Part shown: positions 38,450 to 49,111 of the stretch, one piece after another
Layout of the letters: every line of letters starts with the position of its first letter
Position numbering within the stretch: the first letter of the stretch is position 1
Assembly (NCBI GenBank): GCA_964447805.1
Contig: CAYUTQ010000005.1
Coordinates: 8,398-72,397, forward strand
Length of the DNA stretch: 64,000 nucleotides
DNA from: an uncultured Clostridia bacterium
GTDB lineage: Bacteria; Bacillota; Clostridia; Tissierellales; DATGTQ01
Direction of reading: 5' to 3'
Notes under the pieces: generated by a model
The model's input: only the letters and a program-made list of their open reading frames with translations
Database searches by the model: none
What the model was told of the DNA's origin: nothing
Position numbers and translations under genes: made by a program

Positions 38450-39775
38450 ATGAATATGTATGATATTATTAAGAAAAAAAGGGATGGTTTAGAGTTAACT
38501 ACAGAAGAAATAAATTTTTTTATAGAAGGTTATACTTTTGATAGAATACCAGATTATCAAGTATCGTCGCTGCTAATGGCAATATATTTTAATAAGATGA
38601 ACAAAAGAGAAACTTTAGATTTAACTAAAGCTATGATTAATTCTGGTGATAAAGTAGATTTGTCAAGTATTCAAGGGATTAAAGTAGATAAACATAGTAC
38701 TGGGGGAGTAGGTGATAAAACTACAATAGCATTAGCCCCAATGATTGCAGCTTGTGGTGTTCCTTTTGTCAAGATGTCTGGTAGAGGTTTAGGGCATACT
38801 GGAGGAACATTGGACAAATTAGAATCAATAAAAAATTTTAGAGTGGAATTAACTGAGGAAGAATTTGTATCGTTGGCAAATAAGAATGGTTTAGTAATTT
38901 GTAGTCAAAGTGCTAATATTACACCTGCAGATAAAAAGTTATATGCACTTAGAGATGTGACGGCAACTGTTGAAGATATTTCTTTAATTGCAAGTAGTAT
39001 AATGAGTAAAAAATTAGCAATTTCATCGGATGCTATATTATTAGATGTAAAGGTTGGTTCTGGTGCTTTTATGAAAAACATAGATGATGCATTGTTATTA
39101 GCAAAAGAAATGGTAGATATAGGATGTGGCTATGGTAGGGAGACTGTTGCAATTATTACAAATATGGATGAGCCTTTAGGTTCGGCAGTAGGTAATGCAT
39201 TAGAGGTAAAAGAAGCAATTCATACTTTGAAAGGTGAAGGGCCTAGAGATTTTCACAATTTATGTATAGAATTAGGTTGTAGATTATTGCTATTAGCACA
39301 AAAAACTTCAGATATTTTAGAGGCTAAAAAGATGTTAGAGGAAGTTATATATAACGGAAAAGCTTATAAAAAATTATTGGAAATGGTAGAAAGTCAGCAG
39401 GGAGATATTAGGTGTATAGAAGATACAGATATTCTTCCAAAGGCTAAATTTAAATTTGAAGTTAAAAGCTCGAAGGATGGATTTATTAAATCAATAGATG
39501 CTGAAAAAGTAGGCCAATTAGCATTATTATTAGGGGCAGGTAGAGAAGTTAAAGAAAGTAATATTGATTTAGCTGCAGGAATTGAAATTAAAAGAAAAGT
39601 TGATGATAAAGTAAATAAAGATGATACATTAGCAATAATACATAGTAATAATATAGATAAAGGAAAAATTGTTCAACAGGAAATATTAAAAGTAATAAAG
39701 ATTGGTAATAAAAATAAAACAGCTAAAAAGTTAATATATGGGGAAGTAACAAAAGATGGAAAGAGGTTTTATTAG
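38450..39775 (+). CDS. pdp: Pyrimidine-nucleoside phosphorylase
   Basis: DKHSTGGVGDKT, KMSGRGLGHTGGTLDKLES, LYALRDVTATV, GNALEV. Confidence 0.95.
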   Translation: MNMYDIIKKKRDGLELTTEEINFFIEGYTFDRIPDYQVSSLLMAIYFNKMNKRETLDLTKAMINSGDKVDLSSIQGIKVDKHSTGGVGDKTTIALAPMIAACGVPFVKMSGRGLGHTGGTLDKLESIKNFRVELTEEEFVSLANKNGLVICSQSANITPADKKLYALRDVTATVEDISLIASSIMSKKLAISSDAILLDVKVGSGAFMKNIDDALLLAKEMVDIGCGYGRETVAIITNMDEPLGSAVGNALEVKEAIHTLKGEGPRDFHNLCIELGCRLLLLAQKTSDILEAKKMLEEVIYNGKAYKKLLEMVESQQGDIRCIEDTDILPKAKFKFEVKSSKDGFIKSIDAEKVGQLALLLGAGREVKESNIDLAAGIEIKRKVDDKVNKDDTLAIIHSNNIDKGKIVQQEILKVIKIGNKNKTAKKLIYGEVTKDGKRFY

Positions 39776-39835
39776 AAACCTCTTTTTAATGGAAAAATTT
39801 TATAATAATTAATTATAGCCTCTGTTTTTAATATT

Positions 39836-39865
39836 GAATAACTACAATATTTAATGGTTAATCTA
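39836..39865 (+). promoter_or_regulatory. SigF/SigG-like promoter for dacF
   Basis: GAATA-N15-GGTTAATCTA. Confidence 0.45.
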
Positions 39866-39896
39866 AAAGTAAATAGATAAGATAGGAGGCTATACA

Positions 39897-41051
39897 GTGA
39901 ATAAAAGAGAAAAAATATTTGTTCCCCTAATATTAATAGTGGTTATATTTTTATTAAGTATAAACATGGGGTTTTCTGAAGGAAATTTTGATATTAATGC
40001 TAAGTCAGCATTACTTATGGATTTTAGTACAGGTGAAGTAATTTATGAGAAAAATTCACATGAAAAATTGCCACCTGCAAGTGTTAGTAAAATAATGGTT
40101 TTATTGTTGACTATGGAAGCATTAGAAGATGGAAAGATCAAACTAGATGATGAAATAGTAATTAGTAATTATGCTGCATCTATGGGAGGAAGTCAAGTAT
40201 TTTTGGAAGAAGGAGAGGTACAAAAAGTAGAAGATTTAATAAAGGCAGTTAGTACTAGATCTGCAAATGATGCTAGTGTTGCATTAGGAGAATGTATTGC
40301 TGGTAATATAACTGCTTTTATAGATATGATGAATAATAGAGCTAAAGATTTAGGAATGAAAAATACAAATTTTGCAAATGCTACAGGTCTACCAGATGAA
40401 AATCATTATACTTCAGCTTATGATATAGCACTTATGTCACGAGAGTTACTTAAACATCCTAAAATACATGATTGGATAATGCCTTGGATGACTGAAATGA
40501 AAGTAGGAAAAAACAAAGATATAGTTCAAAGCTTAGTAAATACTAATAGGTTAATAAAAGATTATGATGGAGCAAATGGGATAAAAACAGGTTCTACTCA
40601 AGAAGCAGGCTTTTGTCTTTCTGGTGCAGCTAAAAGAGGAAATTTGCAACTTATATCAGTAGTATTAGGTTGTGAAAATTCTAAAATTAGATTTGAAGAA
40701 AGTAAAAAATTATTAGATTATGGTTTTGCAAATTATAATTCAACTATTGTAGGAAAAAAAGGTGATATAATTACTAAGATAAAAGTAAATAAAGGAAATA
40801 AAGAATTTGTAAATCTTATTTTGGAAAGGGATAGCTTTGTGCTTACACCTAAAGATACTTCTTCAAATATTGAAAAAGTGATTAATATACCTGAAACAAT
40901 AGAAGCACCGTTGGAATTAGAGGATATTGTAGGTGAATTGGTTTTGAAGATAGATGGTAAAAAAGTAGATAAGGTTAATTTGTTATGTGAAGAAAAAGTT
41001 GAAAAGGCAAATATATTTGATATGATTAAAAAAATTATAAAGTTATACTGA
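39897..41051 (+). CDS. dacF: D-Ala-D-Ala carboxypeptidase, DacF type
   Basis: PPASVSK (SxxK), SANDA, KTG, C-terminal PBP5 domain. Confidence 0.85.
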   Translation: MNKREKIFVPLILIVVIFLLSINMGFSEGNFDINAKSALLMDFSTGEVIYEKNSHEKLPPASVSKIMVLLLTMEALEDGKIKLDDEIVISNYAASMGGSQVFLEEGEVQKVEDLIKAVSTRSANDASVALGECIAGNITAFIDMMNNRAKDLGMKNTNFANATGLPDENHYTSAYDIALMSRELLKHPKIHDWIMPWMTEMKVGKNKDIVQSLVNTNRLIKDYDGANGIKTGSTQEAGFCLSGAAKRGNLQLISVVLGCENSKIRFEESKKLLDYGFANYNSTIVGKKGDIITKIKVNKGNKEFVNLILERDSFVLTPKDTSSNIEKVINIPETIEAPLELEDIVGELVLKIDGKKVDKVNLLCEEKVEKANIFDMIKKIIKLY

Positions 41052-41055
41052 TATC

Positions 41056-41118
41056 AATAAGCTAGATATAATTGTTTTTTTCTTTAATTAGTTATACAAT
41101 ATATCTAGCTTATTTTTT
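41056..41118 (+). terminator. Long IR/terminator
   Basis: 15-bp IR AATAAGCTAGATATA (41056) / TATATCTAGCTTATT (41100), then T run. Confidence 0.6.
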
Positions 41119-41133
41119 GAAAGAGGGTTTGTT

Positions 41134-41727
41134 ATGAGTTTGGATAAAATAATTTCTTTGCCAGGTTTATTTATTGCTATTATTTTTCATGAATGTGCTC
41201 ATGGTTATGTAGCCTACAAGTTAGGAGATCCTACTGCAAAGAATGCTGGACGTTTGACATTAAATCCACTAAAACATATTGATTTAGTAGGATTTTTGTG
41301 TTTATTAATTTTTAAATTTGGGTGGGCCAAGCCTGTTCCTATTAATTCTACATATTTTAAAAATAGAAAAAGAGATACTATACTAGTCTCTTTGGCAGGT
41401 CCAATAACAAATTTTATATTAGCATTAATATTTGGATTAATAATTTCTACTGGTTTAATTAAAAATGAGATAATACTTCAAATATTGATTATTACTGTTT
41501 GGTATAATATAATGTTAGGGATATTTAATTTGCTGCCTTTTCCTCCCTTGGATGGTTCAAAAGTGTTAGCAAGTTTATTGCCTACAAAATATGAATATTA
41601 TTTTTATAAGTATGAACGATATTTAAATTTGATTTTAATTATTTTAATATTGACTAATACCATTGATAAAATATTGAGTCCATTAATAAATTTGGGATTA
41701 AATATGATGTTAAGAATACTAGCATAA
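41134..41727 (+). CDS. Site-2 (M50) intramembrane protease
   Basis: HECAH, GWAKPVP, LAGP, FNLLPFPPLDGS. Confidence 0.92.
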   Translation: MSLDKIISLPGLFIAIIFHECAHGYVAYKLGDPTAKNAGRLTLNPLKHIDLVGFLCLLIFKFGWAKPVPINSTYFKNRKRDTILVSLAGPITNFILALIFGLIISTGLIKNEIILQILIITVWYNIMLGIFNLLPFPPLDGSKVLASLLPTKYEYYFYKYERYLNLILIILILTNTIDKILSPLINLGLNMMLRILA

Positions 41728-41741
41728 TTAGGGGTAGTGAT

Positions 41742-42482
41742 ATGGAGTATAAAGTAATATTAGAAACTTTTGAGGGACCTTTAGATCTTTTATTGCATTT
41801 AATAGAAGAAGCAGAAGTAGATATTTATGATATTCCTATAAGTGAAATTACAGAACAATATATAGATTATTTAAAAAAAATGCAAGAATTGGATTTAGAG
41901 GTGACTAGCGAATTTTTAGTTATGGCATCAACTTTATTAGAAATAAAATCAAAAATGCTTTTACCGAATGTAAAAAAAGACGAGAAAACTGAAAATGAAG
42001 AAAATGAAGCTGATGAAGATCCTAGAGCAGATTTAGTAAAAAGATTAGTGGAATACAAAAAATATAGAATGGTTTCAAATAAATTAAAACAAAGAGAGAA
42101 AATTCAAAATAAAATATTTTATAAGCCAAAAGAAGATTTAAGTTATATTGAAGAGGATAATGATAATCTAGAAGATTTAGATTTGAACCAATTGGTTATG
42201 ACATTAAACAATATATTAAAACGGAGAAGTGATAACTACAAGCCTTTGAAATTTGATGAGATACATCGTGATGAATATACTTTAGATGAGTGTATAAAAA
42301 AAGTAAAAAATGAAGTGGAAGAAAAGAATAAAATTAAATTTACTCAATTGTTTCATAAAGAGACTACTAGGACTGAAATAGTAGTTACATTTTTATCTAT
42401 TTTAGAACTTGTACGATTAAAGTACATAATTGTTAAACAAGAGGAAAATTTTTCTGATATTTTTATTGTAAAACGAATGTAA
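41742..42482 (+). CDS. scpA: Segregation/condensation protein A
   Basis: FEGPLDLLLHLI, EFLVMASTLLEIKSKMLLP, VVTFLSILEL. Confidence 0.96.
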   Translation: MEYKVILETFEGPLDLLLHLIEEAEVDIYDIPISEITEQYIDYLKKMQELDLEVTSEFLVMASTLLEIKSKMLLPNVKKDEKTENEENEADEDPRADLVKRLVEYKKYRMVSNKLKQREKIQNKIFYKPKEDLSYIEEDNDNLEDLDLNQLVMTLNNILKRRSDNYKPLKFDEIHRDEYTLDECIKKVKNEVEEKNKIKFTQLFHKETTRTEIVVTFLSILELVRLKYIIVKQEENFSDIFIVKRM

Positions 42483-42501
42483 AGAGGTGACTGTTAAAAA
42501 T

Positions 42502-43038
42502 ATGGACAAAAGAGAAATAAAATCAATAATTGAAGCTTTATTATTTGTTTGGGGGGATCCTCTTTCATTAAAAGATATAGCTAATGTATTGGAAATAAAA
42601 GAAAAAGATTTAGAGTCTATTATAGATGAAATGATAAATGAATATGATTATGAAAGAAGGGGTGTAAGAATAAATAAAATTCGTAATAGTTATCAATTAG
42701 GAACTAGACCTGAACATTTTGATTGGATTAAAAAACTTTGTGTACCTAAAGGGAAAAAAAATCTTTCAAATGCAGCAATGGAAACATTATCCATAATTGC
42801 TTATAGACAACCTATTACAAAAGTTGAAATAGAAGCTATAAGGGGAGTAAGGTGTGATAGAGCAATAGAAACTCTTATTGATAGAGAGATTATTGAAGAA
42901 AAGGGAAGGCTAGAAAGAACTGGAAGACCAATAATATATGGTACTACTAATAAATTTTTACAATATTTCGGCTTGAAAAATTTAAAAGAATTACCACCTC
43001 TTTCTGAAGTAGATGAAGAATTTGATGAAGGAAAATAA
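42502..43038 (+). CDS. scpB: Segregation/condensation protein B
   Basis: IIEALLF, LSNAAMETLSIIAYRQPITK.EIEAIRGV, YGTT..FL..FGL. Confidence 0.96.
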   Translation: MDKREIKSIIEALLFVWGDPLSLKDIANVLEIKEKDLESIIDEMINEYDYERRGVRINKIRNSYQLGTRPEHFDWIKKLCVPKGKKNLSNAAMETLSIIAYRQPITKVEIEAIRGVRCDRAIETLIDREIIEEKGRLERTGRPIIYGTTNKFLQYFGLKNLKELPPLSEVDEEFDEGK

Positions 43039-43097
43039 TACAAATTTGTATTATTTTCCTTTTTTTATGGGCATTATAGCTTTAAAGAGGTGAACAA

Positions 43098-43667
43098 ATG
43101 GTTTGGTTAATAATATTATTGATTATGTTAATTATATTATTATTTCCAGTAAAAGTTTACATAAGATATAAAAATGAAGATAGAGATAAAATAAAAATAG
43201 AAATTACTTTAATAAAAGATTTAATTAATATTCCTGTTAATATTAAAAAAAATAAAAATATAATGGAATCTAAAACAAAAAAATATAATTATTTTTCAAA
43301 ATATTATAATTTATATAAGAAACCTGCTAAATATTTTTGGAAAAACATTAAGTCAGTAACGATTAAATGGATAACTAATATAGGTTTTAATGATGCTGCT
43401 ACAACTGGAATTATATCAAGTGTTTTGTGGACGTTGAAGTATACTATTTTATCTTTTGTTTTTAAAGAAAAACTAATAAAGAATATTTATATTGATGTAA
43501 TACCAGAATTTAACGAAAATAAATTCAAAACTAAATTTGTTTGCATAATTGAGAGTAAAGTTGTTCATATTATTATTGTAAGTCTATGGATTTTAATACT
43601 AAATAAAGGTGGTGAAGGTTTTGTTAGAACATCCAATAGAAGGCTTAATGACAACAACAATGAATAA
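43098..43667 (+). CDS. YtfI/DUF2953 protein
   Basis: N-terminal TM, IGFNDAATTGIISSVLW; upstream of gerW. Confidence 0.75.
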   Translation: MVWLIILLIMLIILLFPVKVYIRYKNEDRDKIKIEITLIKDLINIPVNIKKNKNIMESKTKKYNYFSKYYNLYKKPAKYFWKNIKSVTIKWITNIGFNDAATTGIISSVLWTLKYTILSFVFKEKLIKNIYIDVIPEFNENKFKTKFVCIIESKVVHIIIVSLWILILNKGGEGFVRTSNRRLNDNNNE

Positions 43668-44079
43668 TTTAAAAGAAATGATAGATGTAAATACGATAGT
43701 TGGAGATCCAGTTCAATCTCCAGATGGTTTAATTATTATACCTATTTCTAAAGTATCTTTTGGTTTTGCAGCTGGAGGTACTGAATTTAATTTTGTTACG
43801 CATAAAAAGAATGTAGATGAACAAAATATGGGAAAACTCCCCTTTGGAGGAGGAAGTGGTGCTGGTGTGTCATTGCAACCAGTTGGGTTCATAGTAGTTG
43901 GAAATGATCAAATAAAATTAATGCCCGTAGATGAAGGAAATAATGCGTTGATAAGTTTCTTTGATTTTATAAATTCTATGGCCAAAAATTTGCAAGATAT
44001 AGTAGATAAAAAAAATAATAATAAAACTACTATAAAAGTAAAGAAAAATTTTGATTATGATGAAAAAGATGATAGTTGA
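43621..44079 (+). CDS. ytfJ: GerW/YtfJ sporulation protein
   Basis: EHPIEGLM, MIDVNTIVGDP, IIPISKVSFGFAAGG, FGGGSGAGVSLQPVGF. Confidence 0.92.
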   Translation: MLEHPIEGLMTTTMNNLKEMIDVNTIVGDPVQSPDGLIIIPISKVSFGFAAGGTEFNFVTHKKNVDEQNMGKLPFGGGSGAGVSLQPVGFIVVGNDQIKLMPVDEGNNALISFFDFINSMAKNLQDIVDKKNNNKTTIKVKKNFDYDEKDDS

Positions 44080-44129
44080 GAAGCAGAAAAGTTCTGCTTC
44101 TATTATTTTTAGGAAATGGAGGGTTATAG

Positions 44130-45236
44130 TTGAAGATTAAATTAGTATTTATATTAAGTTTAATCATTATACTAAATAGTGGAATTTCCTATGGTAATAA
44201 TTTAAATATAAATGGAACAAGTGCTATATTAATTGATTCAATGTCTGGGAGAGTATTATATAAATTAAATCCCTATATAAGACTACCTATGGCTAGTACT
44301 ACTAAAATTATGACGGCATTAATTGCATTAGAAAATGGAAAATTAAATGATAAAGTGAATATTGAAAAAGAATGTGTTGGAATAGAAGGTTCAAGTATAT
44401 ATTTATATGAGGGAGAAAAAATAACATTAGAAGATTTATTATATGGATTGATGCTTAGATCAGGCAATGATGCTGCTATAGCTATTGCAAACTTTATAGG
44501 AGGAACTGTGGATCATTTTATAGTACTTATGAATAAAAAAGCTAAAGAAATAGGGGCATTGAATACAAATTTCACTAATCCCCATGGATTAAGTAATGAT
44601 AATCATTATACAACGGCTTATGATCTAGCTATTATAACTAGAGAGGCTTTTAAAAATAGTAATTTTAGAAAAATTGTAGGAACCCAATTATGGACATCTG
44701 GCAGAGATAAGAATAAATACTTTTATAATAAAAATAAGGTCTTATGGCAATATGAAGGAGGCAATGGTGTTAAAACAGGTTATACTAAAATAGCAGGTAG
44801 GTGTTTAGTTGGAGGTGCTAAAAGAAAAAATATGCAGTTAATAGCAGTAGTATTGAATGATAGTAATTGGTTTAATGATTGTTATGAACTTTTTGACTAT
44901 GGGTTTAATAATTATTCGTCAAAAATCATATATGATTCGGGACAATATATTGATAGTGTAAATGTAATCAATGGAAATAAAAACAAAATTCCAATAATTA
45001 CAGGTGATAAATTTATTTATCCATTAGCAGAGAATGAAAAAAATAATATAAAAGTTTTTTATGATATGCCTACAGAAATAGAAGCACCTATTGTAAAGGG
45101 AGAAAAAATAGGGAATATTTCTGTATATTTAAATGGAAAATTAATTCATTCTGAAAAATTAATATCAAAAGAGAATATAAATAAACTTAATGTATTAGAA
45201 AAAATCATTAGAGAGTTTAAAGAAAAGTCTAATTAA
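44130..45236 (+). CDS. dacB: D-Ala-D-Ala carboxypeptidase, DacB type
   Basis: PMASTTK, SGNDAA, NPHGL, KTGYT. Confidence 0.85.
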   Translation: MKIKLVFILSLIIILNSGISYGNNLNINGTSAILIDSMSGRVLYKLNPYIRLPMASTTKIMTALIALENGKLNDKVNIEKECVGIEGSSIYLYEGEKITLEDLLYGLMLRSGNDAAIAIANFIGGTVDHFIVLMNKKAKEIGALNTNFTNPHGLSNDNHYTTAYDLAIITREAFKNSNFRKIVGTQLWTSGRDKNKYFYNKNKVLWQYEGGNGVKTGYTKIAGRCLVGGAKRKNMQLIAVVLNDSNWFNDCYELFDYGFNNYSSKIIYDSGQYIDSVNVINGNKNKIPIITGDKFIYPLAENEKNNIKVFYDMPTEIEAPIVKGEKIGNISVYLNGKLIHSEKLISKENINKLNVLEKIIREFKEKSN

Positions 45237-45361
45237 TTGTATTTAAAAATAATTGGTACAACAGCTATATGGCTGTTGTTTTTTATTAGACTTTTTTATT
45301 TGTAACAAATTAATTAAATATTAATATTCTAATATAAAGAGAAAAATAAGGTGGGATATTT

Positions 45362-46306
45362 ATGTTCAAATATTGGGAATGTGTGGATGCAGGTAGTGAG
45401 TATTGTCCTTGCCATTTGGCTGAAACAAAAGATTGTATAGCTTGTTCTCAATTAAGAGGAGAAGAATTTTGTGATTGTCAATGGAATGGAGTTTGTATTT
45501 TGAATGAATATGTGAATAATATGAGAAAGGTGAATTTTAGGAAAGAATATTATGAAGGATATATAATTGAAGAACAAGAATTAGAGGAAAATTTAGTATT
45601 TATTAAAATAAATACTGATAAAAATTTAATAAATAAATTAAAAGAACCTGGTTCTTATATTTTTATTAGAGGAGTTGATGATCAACATTATTTTGAAACT
45701 CCTATGGTTGTTTTTAAAATAGATTCTGAGGATTCTTTTTGTATTGTTTATCAAAAAGTCGGTTGTAAAACAAAAAAAATAGGACGAAATTTTAAAATTG
45801 CCATAAAAGGTCCTTATTGGAATGGAATTTTAGGTAGCAAATACTTAAAAAATATAGCTAATGAGAAATGTTTAATTATTGCAAGAGGAATTGGACAATC
45901 ATCAATATTATTGCCTATTGAAAAATTGATATCTAATAATAATAGTTTGTTAGTATTATTAGATAAGGGCAAATTAGATAGCTTGTACAGTTATGATTAT
46001 ATTAAAAGTTTAAATAATATAATTATTAAAGAAATAAATATTTTTGAAGTAGAAGGAGATGAATATATTAGTAATATATTAAAAGAAGAAAACATAAAAC
46101 TTGTATTAAGTGCAGGTTCTAATATGCTTCACAGGACAATTAGTAATAAATTAAAACAGTTAGATAAAAAGCCATATTTTTTGACATCAAATAATGGACC
46201 GCTTTGTTGTGGTGAAGGGGTATGTGGTTCTTGTACTATGAAGACCATAGATGGTTCTAGAGTTAAATTATGCAAAACTCTTATTACTCCAAATAGGTTA
46301 TATTAA
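45362..46306 (+). CDS. PyrK-like FAD/NAD-binding protein with a Cys-rich N-terminus
   Basis: N-terminal CVDAGSEYCPCHLA...CIAC...CDCQWNGVC; GPYWNG, RGIG; C-terminal CCGEGVCGSC. Confidence 0.75.
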   Translation: MFKYWECVDAGSEYCPCHLAETKDCIACSQLRGEEFCDCQWNGVCILNEYVNNMRKVNFRKEYYEGYIIEEQELEENLVFIKINTDKNLINKLKEPGSYIFIRGVDDQHYFETPMVVFKIDSEDSFCIVYQKVGCKTKKIGRNFKIAIKGPYWNGILGSKYLKNIANEKCLIIARGIGQSSILLPIEKLISNNNSLLVLLDKGKLDSLYSYDYIKSLNNIIIKEINIFEVEGDEYISNILKEENIKLVLSAGSNMLHRTISNKLKQLDKKPYFLTSNNGPLCCGEGVCGSCTMKTIDGSRVKLCKTLITPNRLY

Positions 46307-46321
46307 TGGGAGGTAATTAAA

Positions 46322-47599
46322 ATGTGTACAGTAGTAGTGATAGGTGGTGGATGGGCTGGTTGTGCAGCAAGTATTAGTGCTAAGAAAGCTGGTGCTAAGG
46401 TAATACTTATAGAAAGAACTGATTTGTTATTGGGACTTGGAAATGTTGGTGGTATAATGAGAAATAATGGTAGATTTACAGCCACAGAAGAAAATATTTT
46501 GTTAGGAGCAGAAGAATTATTTAAAATAACTGACAAGTTTTCAAGGCACAAAAATATAAATTTTCCTGGACATAAACATGCTAATTTGTATGATGTGAAT
46601 AGAGTTGAACCAGAAGTAAGAAAGTTATTAGAAAAAATGGATATAGAAATTATGTTCAAAAAAAGAGCAATAGATGTAATAATGAGTAACGATGAAATTA
46701 GGGGAGTTGTATTAAATGATGAAAATATAGTTTGGGGAGATGTATTTATTGAAACTACAGGGACTACAGGTCCTATGGGAAATTGTTTTAGATATGGTAA
46801 TGGATGTTCTATGTGTATTTTGAGATGTCCAACATTTGGTCCTCGGGTGAGTATAAGTAATAAAGCAGGTGTGAATGATATAGTTGGAATGAAAAAAGAT
46901 GGTTCTATTGGCGCTTTTAGTGGTTCTTGTGAATTAAATAAAGATTCTTTAAAGGAAGAAGTAAGAAAAAAGTTAAATGATGAAGGTGTTGTAATTTTAC
47001 CTGTTCCAAAAGAAGAAATAAACATGGAAAAATTAGATAAAAAAGTTTGCCAACAATATGCATTGCGAGAATATGCTGAAAATATTATACTCTTGGATAC
47101 AGGTCATGCAAAAATGATGACTTCTTTTTATTCATTAGAAGAATTAAGAAAAATAGATGGATTAGAAAAAGCTAAATATGAAGATCCTTATTCTGGAGGT
47201 GTTGGAAACTCCATAAGATACCTTTCAATGGCGCCTAGAGATAATAAAATGAAAGTAAAAGGTATAAAAAACTTATTTTGTGGTGGAGAAAAGGCAGGAT
47301 TATTTGTAGGGCATACAGAAGCAATATCTACAGGAAGTTTAGCGGGACACAATAGTGTGAGATTTATTAAAGATAAACCTTTAGTTGAATTTTCAACTAA
47401 ATTAGCAATAGGTGATATAATAAATTATACAAATGAAATTATGAATACTGAAAATGGTTTAAGAGATAGATATACTTTTGCAGGTGGAAATTTTTTTGAA
47501 AGAATGAAGGCAAAAGGATTGTATACTACCAATATAGATCATATACGCAAGAGAATAGATGATGAAGGTGTATTAGGCATATATAATTCTAAATTTTAA
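46322..47599 (+). CDS. GidA/TrmFO-like FAD-dependent oxidoreductase
   Basis: IGGGWAGCAA, NLFCGGEKAG..GHTEAISTG..AG; CSMCILRC motif. Confidence 0.78.
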   Translation: MCTVVVIGGGWAGCAASISAKKAGAKVILIERTDLLLGLGNVGGIMRNNGRFTATEENILLGAEELFKITDKFSRHKNINFPGHKHANLYDVNRVEPEVRKLLEKMDIEIMFKKRAIDVIMSNDEIRGVVLNDENIVWGDVFIETTGTTGPMGNCFRYGNGCSMCILRCPTFGPRVSISNKAGVNDIVGMKKDGSIGAFSGSCELNKDSLKEEVRKKLNDEGVVILPVPKEEINMEKLDKKVCQQYALREYAENIILLDTGHAKMMTSFYSLEELRKIDGLEKAKYEDPYSGGVGNSIRYLSMAPRDNKMKVKGIKNLFCGGEKAGLFVGHTEAISTGSLAGHNSVRFIKDKPLVEFSTKLAIGDIINYTNEIMNTENGLRDRYTFAGGNFFERMKAKGLYTTNIDHIRKRIDDEGVLGIYNSKF

Positions 47600-47633
47600 T
47601 AAAACAAAAGAAAAATTGAAAGGGGCACAATTA

Positions 47634-48341
47634 ATGCGATTACAAAAGTATATGGCATTGGCAGGTGTTGCATCTAGAAGAAAATCTGAAAAAATAATAT
47701 TACAAGGTAAAGTAAAAGTAAATGGAAAGGTTATTAAACAACTGGGAACAAAAATAGATCCTAACAAGGATATTGTTATGGTAAATGATAAAAAGATAGA
47801 AATTGAAGAACAAAATATATATATTATTTTAAATAAGCCAGTAGGATATGTAACCACTGTAAAGGATCAATTTAATAGAAAAACAGTTTTGGATCTTATA
47901 AAAAATGTAAAAGAAAGGATATATCCAGTAGGTAGATTAGATTATGATACTTCAGGTCTTCTCTTATTGACTAATGATGGAGATATAACTTATAAGTTAA
48001 CTCATCCTAGTTATGAAATTGATAAAACATATGTTGCAACTGTAGAGGGTACTCCTACAAAAAAAGAAATGAAAAGATTTGAAGAAGGTTTAATAATTGA
48101 TGGATATAAAACTTCAAAGGCTAAAATTAAAATAATAAGAAAAAATTTAAATAATTCAATACTTAAAATAACAATTCATGAGGGTAAAAATAGGCAAATT
48201 AGAAAGATGTGTCAATCAATAAATCATCCAGTAATTTGTTTAAAAAGAATTAGCATGGGAGAAATAAAATTAGGGTCCTTAGAAACTGGAAAATGGAGAT
48301 TCTTATCGAAAAAAGAAATACAATATCTTAAAAATATTTAG
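47634..48341 (+). CDS. rluB: rRNA pseudouridine synthase (RluB/RsuA family)
   Basis: RLQKYMA.AGVASRR S4 domain, YPVGRLDYDTSGLL, EGKNRQIRKM. Confidence 0.92.
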   Translation: MRLQKYMALAGVASRRKSEKIILQGKVKVNGKVIKQLGTKIDPNKDIVMVNDKKIEIEEQNIYIILNKPVGYVTTVKDQFNRKTVLDLIKNVKERIYPVGRLDYDTSGLLLLTNDGDITYKLTHPSYEIDKTYVATVEGTPTKKEMKRFEEGLIIDGYKTSKAKIKIIRKNLNNSILKITIHEGKNRQIRKMCQSINHPVICLKRISMGEIKLGSLETGKWRFLSKKEIQYLKNI

Positions 48342-48521
48342 CATTGTAGATATATAATTTACTACAATGATATTATTTTAGCTTTTAAAATTACAGTTAT
48401 ATTGTTATAATGGATTTAGTGAATGAAAAATATGGTATATTATAAAATATAATTGTAGAAATAGTAAAATATCTAGTACAATAAAAATTGAATATGTTTT
48501 TTTATTTTGGAGTTGATTTAA

Positions 48522-49106
48522 ATGTTTTGTAAAGATGTAAATAATGTACTTAATATATCTAAAATTATAATGAATTTAGCAATAGAGGCAGGAGATATAG
48601 TAATTGATGCAACTATTGGAAATGGTAATGATACTATATATATGGCAAAATTAGTAGGGGATAAGGGAAAAGTTTACGGCTTTGATATACAAAATACTGC
48701 TATTAATATTACAAAACAAAAATTGCAAAAAGCAGGATTTTACGATAGAGTGATACTTATAAATTCAGGACATGAAAAAGTAGATATTTATATAAAGGAA
48801 AAAGTAAAATTAGTTGTTTTTAACTTAGGTTTTTTACCAGGTAGTGATAAAACAATAAAAACTCAGCCAAATACAACTATTATAGGTATTGAAAAATCTT
48901 TGGATTTATTGATGAATAATGGGGTATTACTTGTTATTTCCTATACAGGTCATGAAGGTGGTTTGGAAGAAAAGAACGCCGTAGAGAATTATTTAAAAAA
49001 ACTTAATCAAAAAGAGTATAATGTATTTAAATTTCAATTTATAAATCAAATTAACAATCCGCCTATATTATTTGGCGTAGAAAAAAGATCTTTTGAGGAG
49101 GGTTAA
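48522..49106 (+). CDS. Class I SAM methyltransferase (YtqB-like)
   Basis: IDATIGNGNDT, YGFDIQ, FNLGFLPGSDK, YTGHEGG. Confidence 0.88.
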   Translation: MFCKDVNNVLNISKIIMNLAIEAGDIVIDATIGNGNDTIYMAKLVGDKGKVYGFDIQNTAINITKQKLQKAGFYDRVILINSGHEKVDIYIKEKVKLVVFNLGFLPGSDKTIKTQPNTTIIGIEKSLDLLMNNGVLLVISYTGHEGGLEEKNAVENYLKKLNQKEYNVFKFQFINQINNPPILFGVEKRSFEEG

Positions 49107-49111
49107 TTAAA

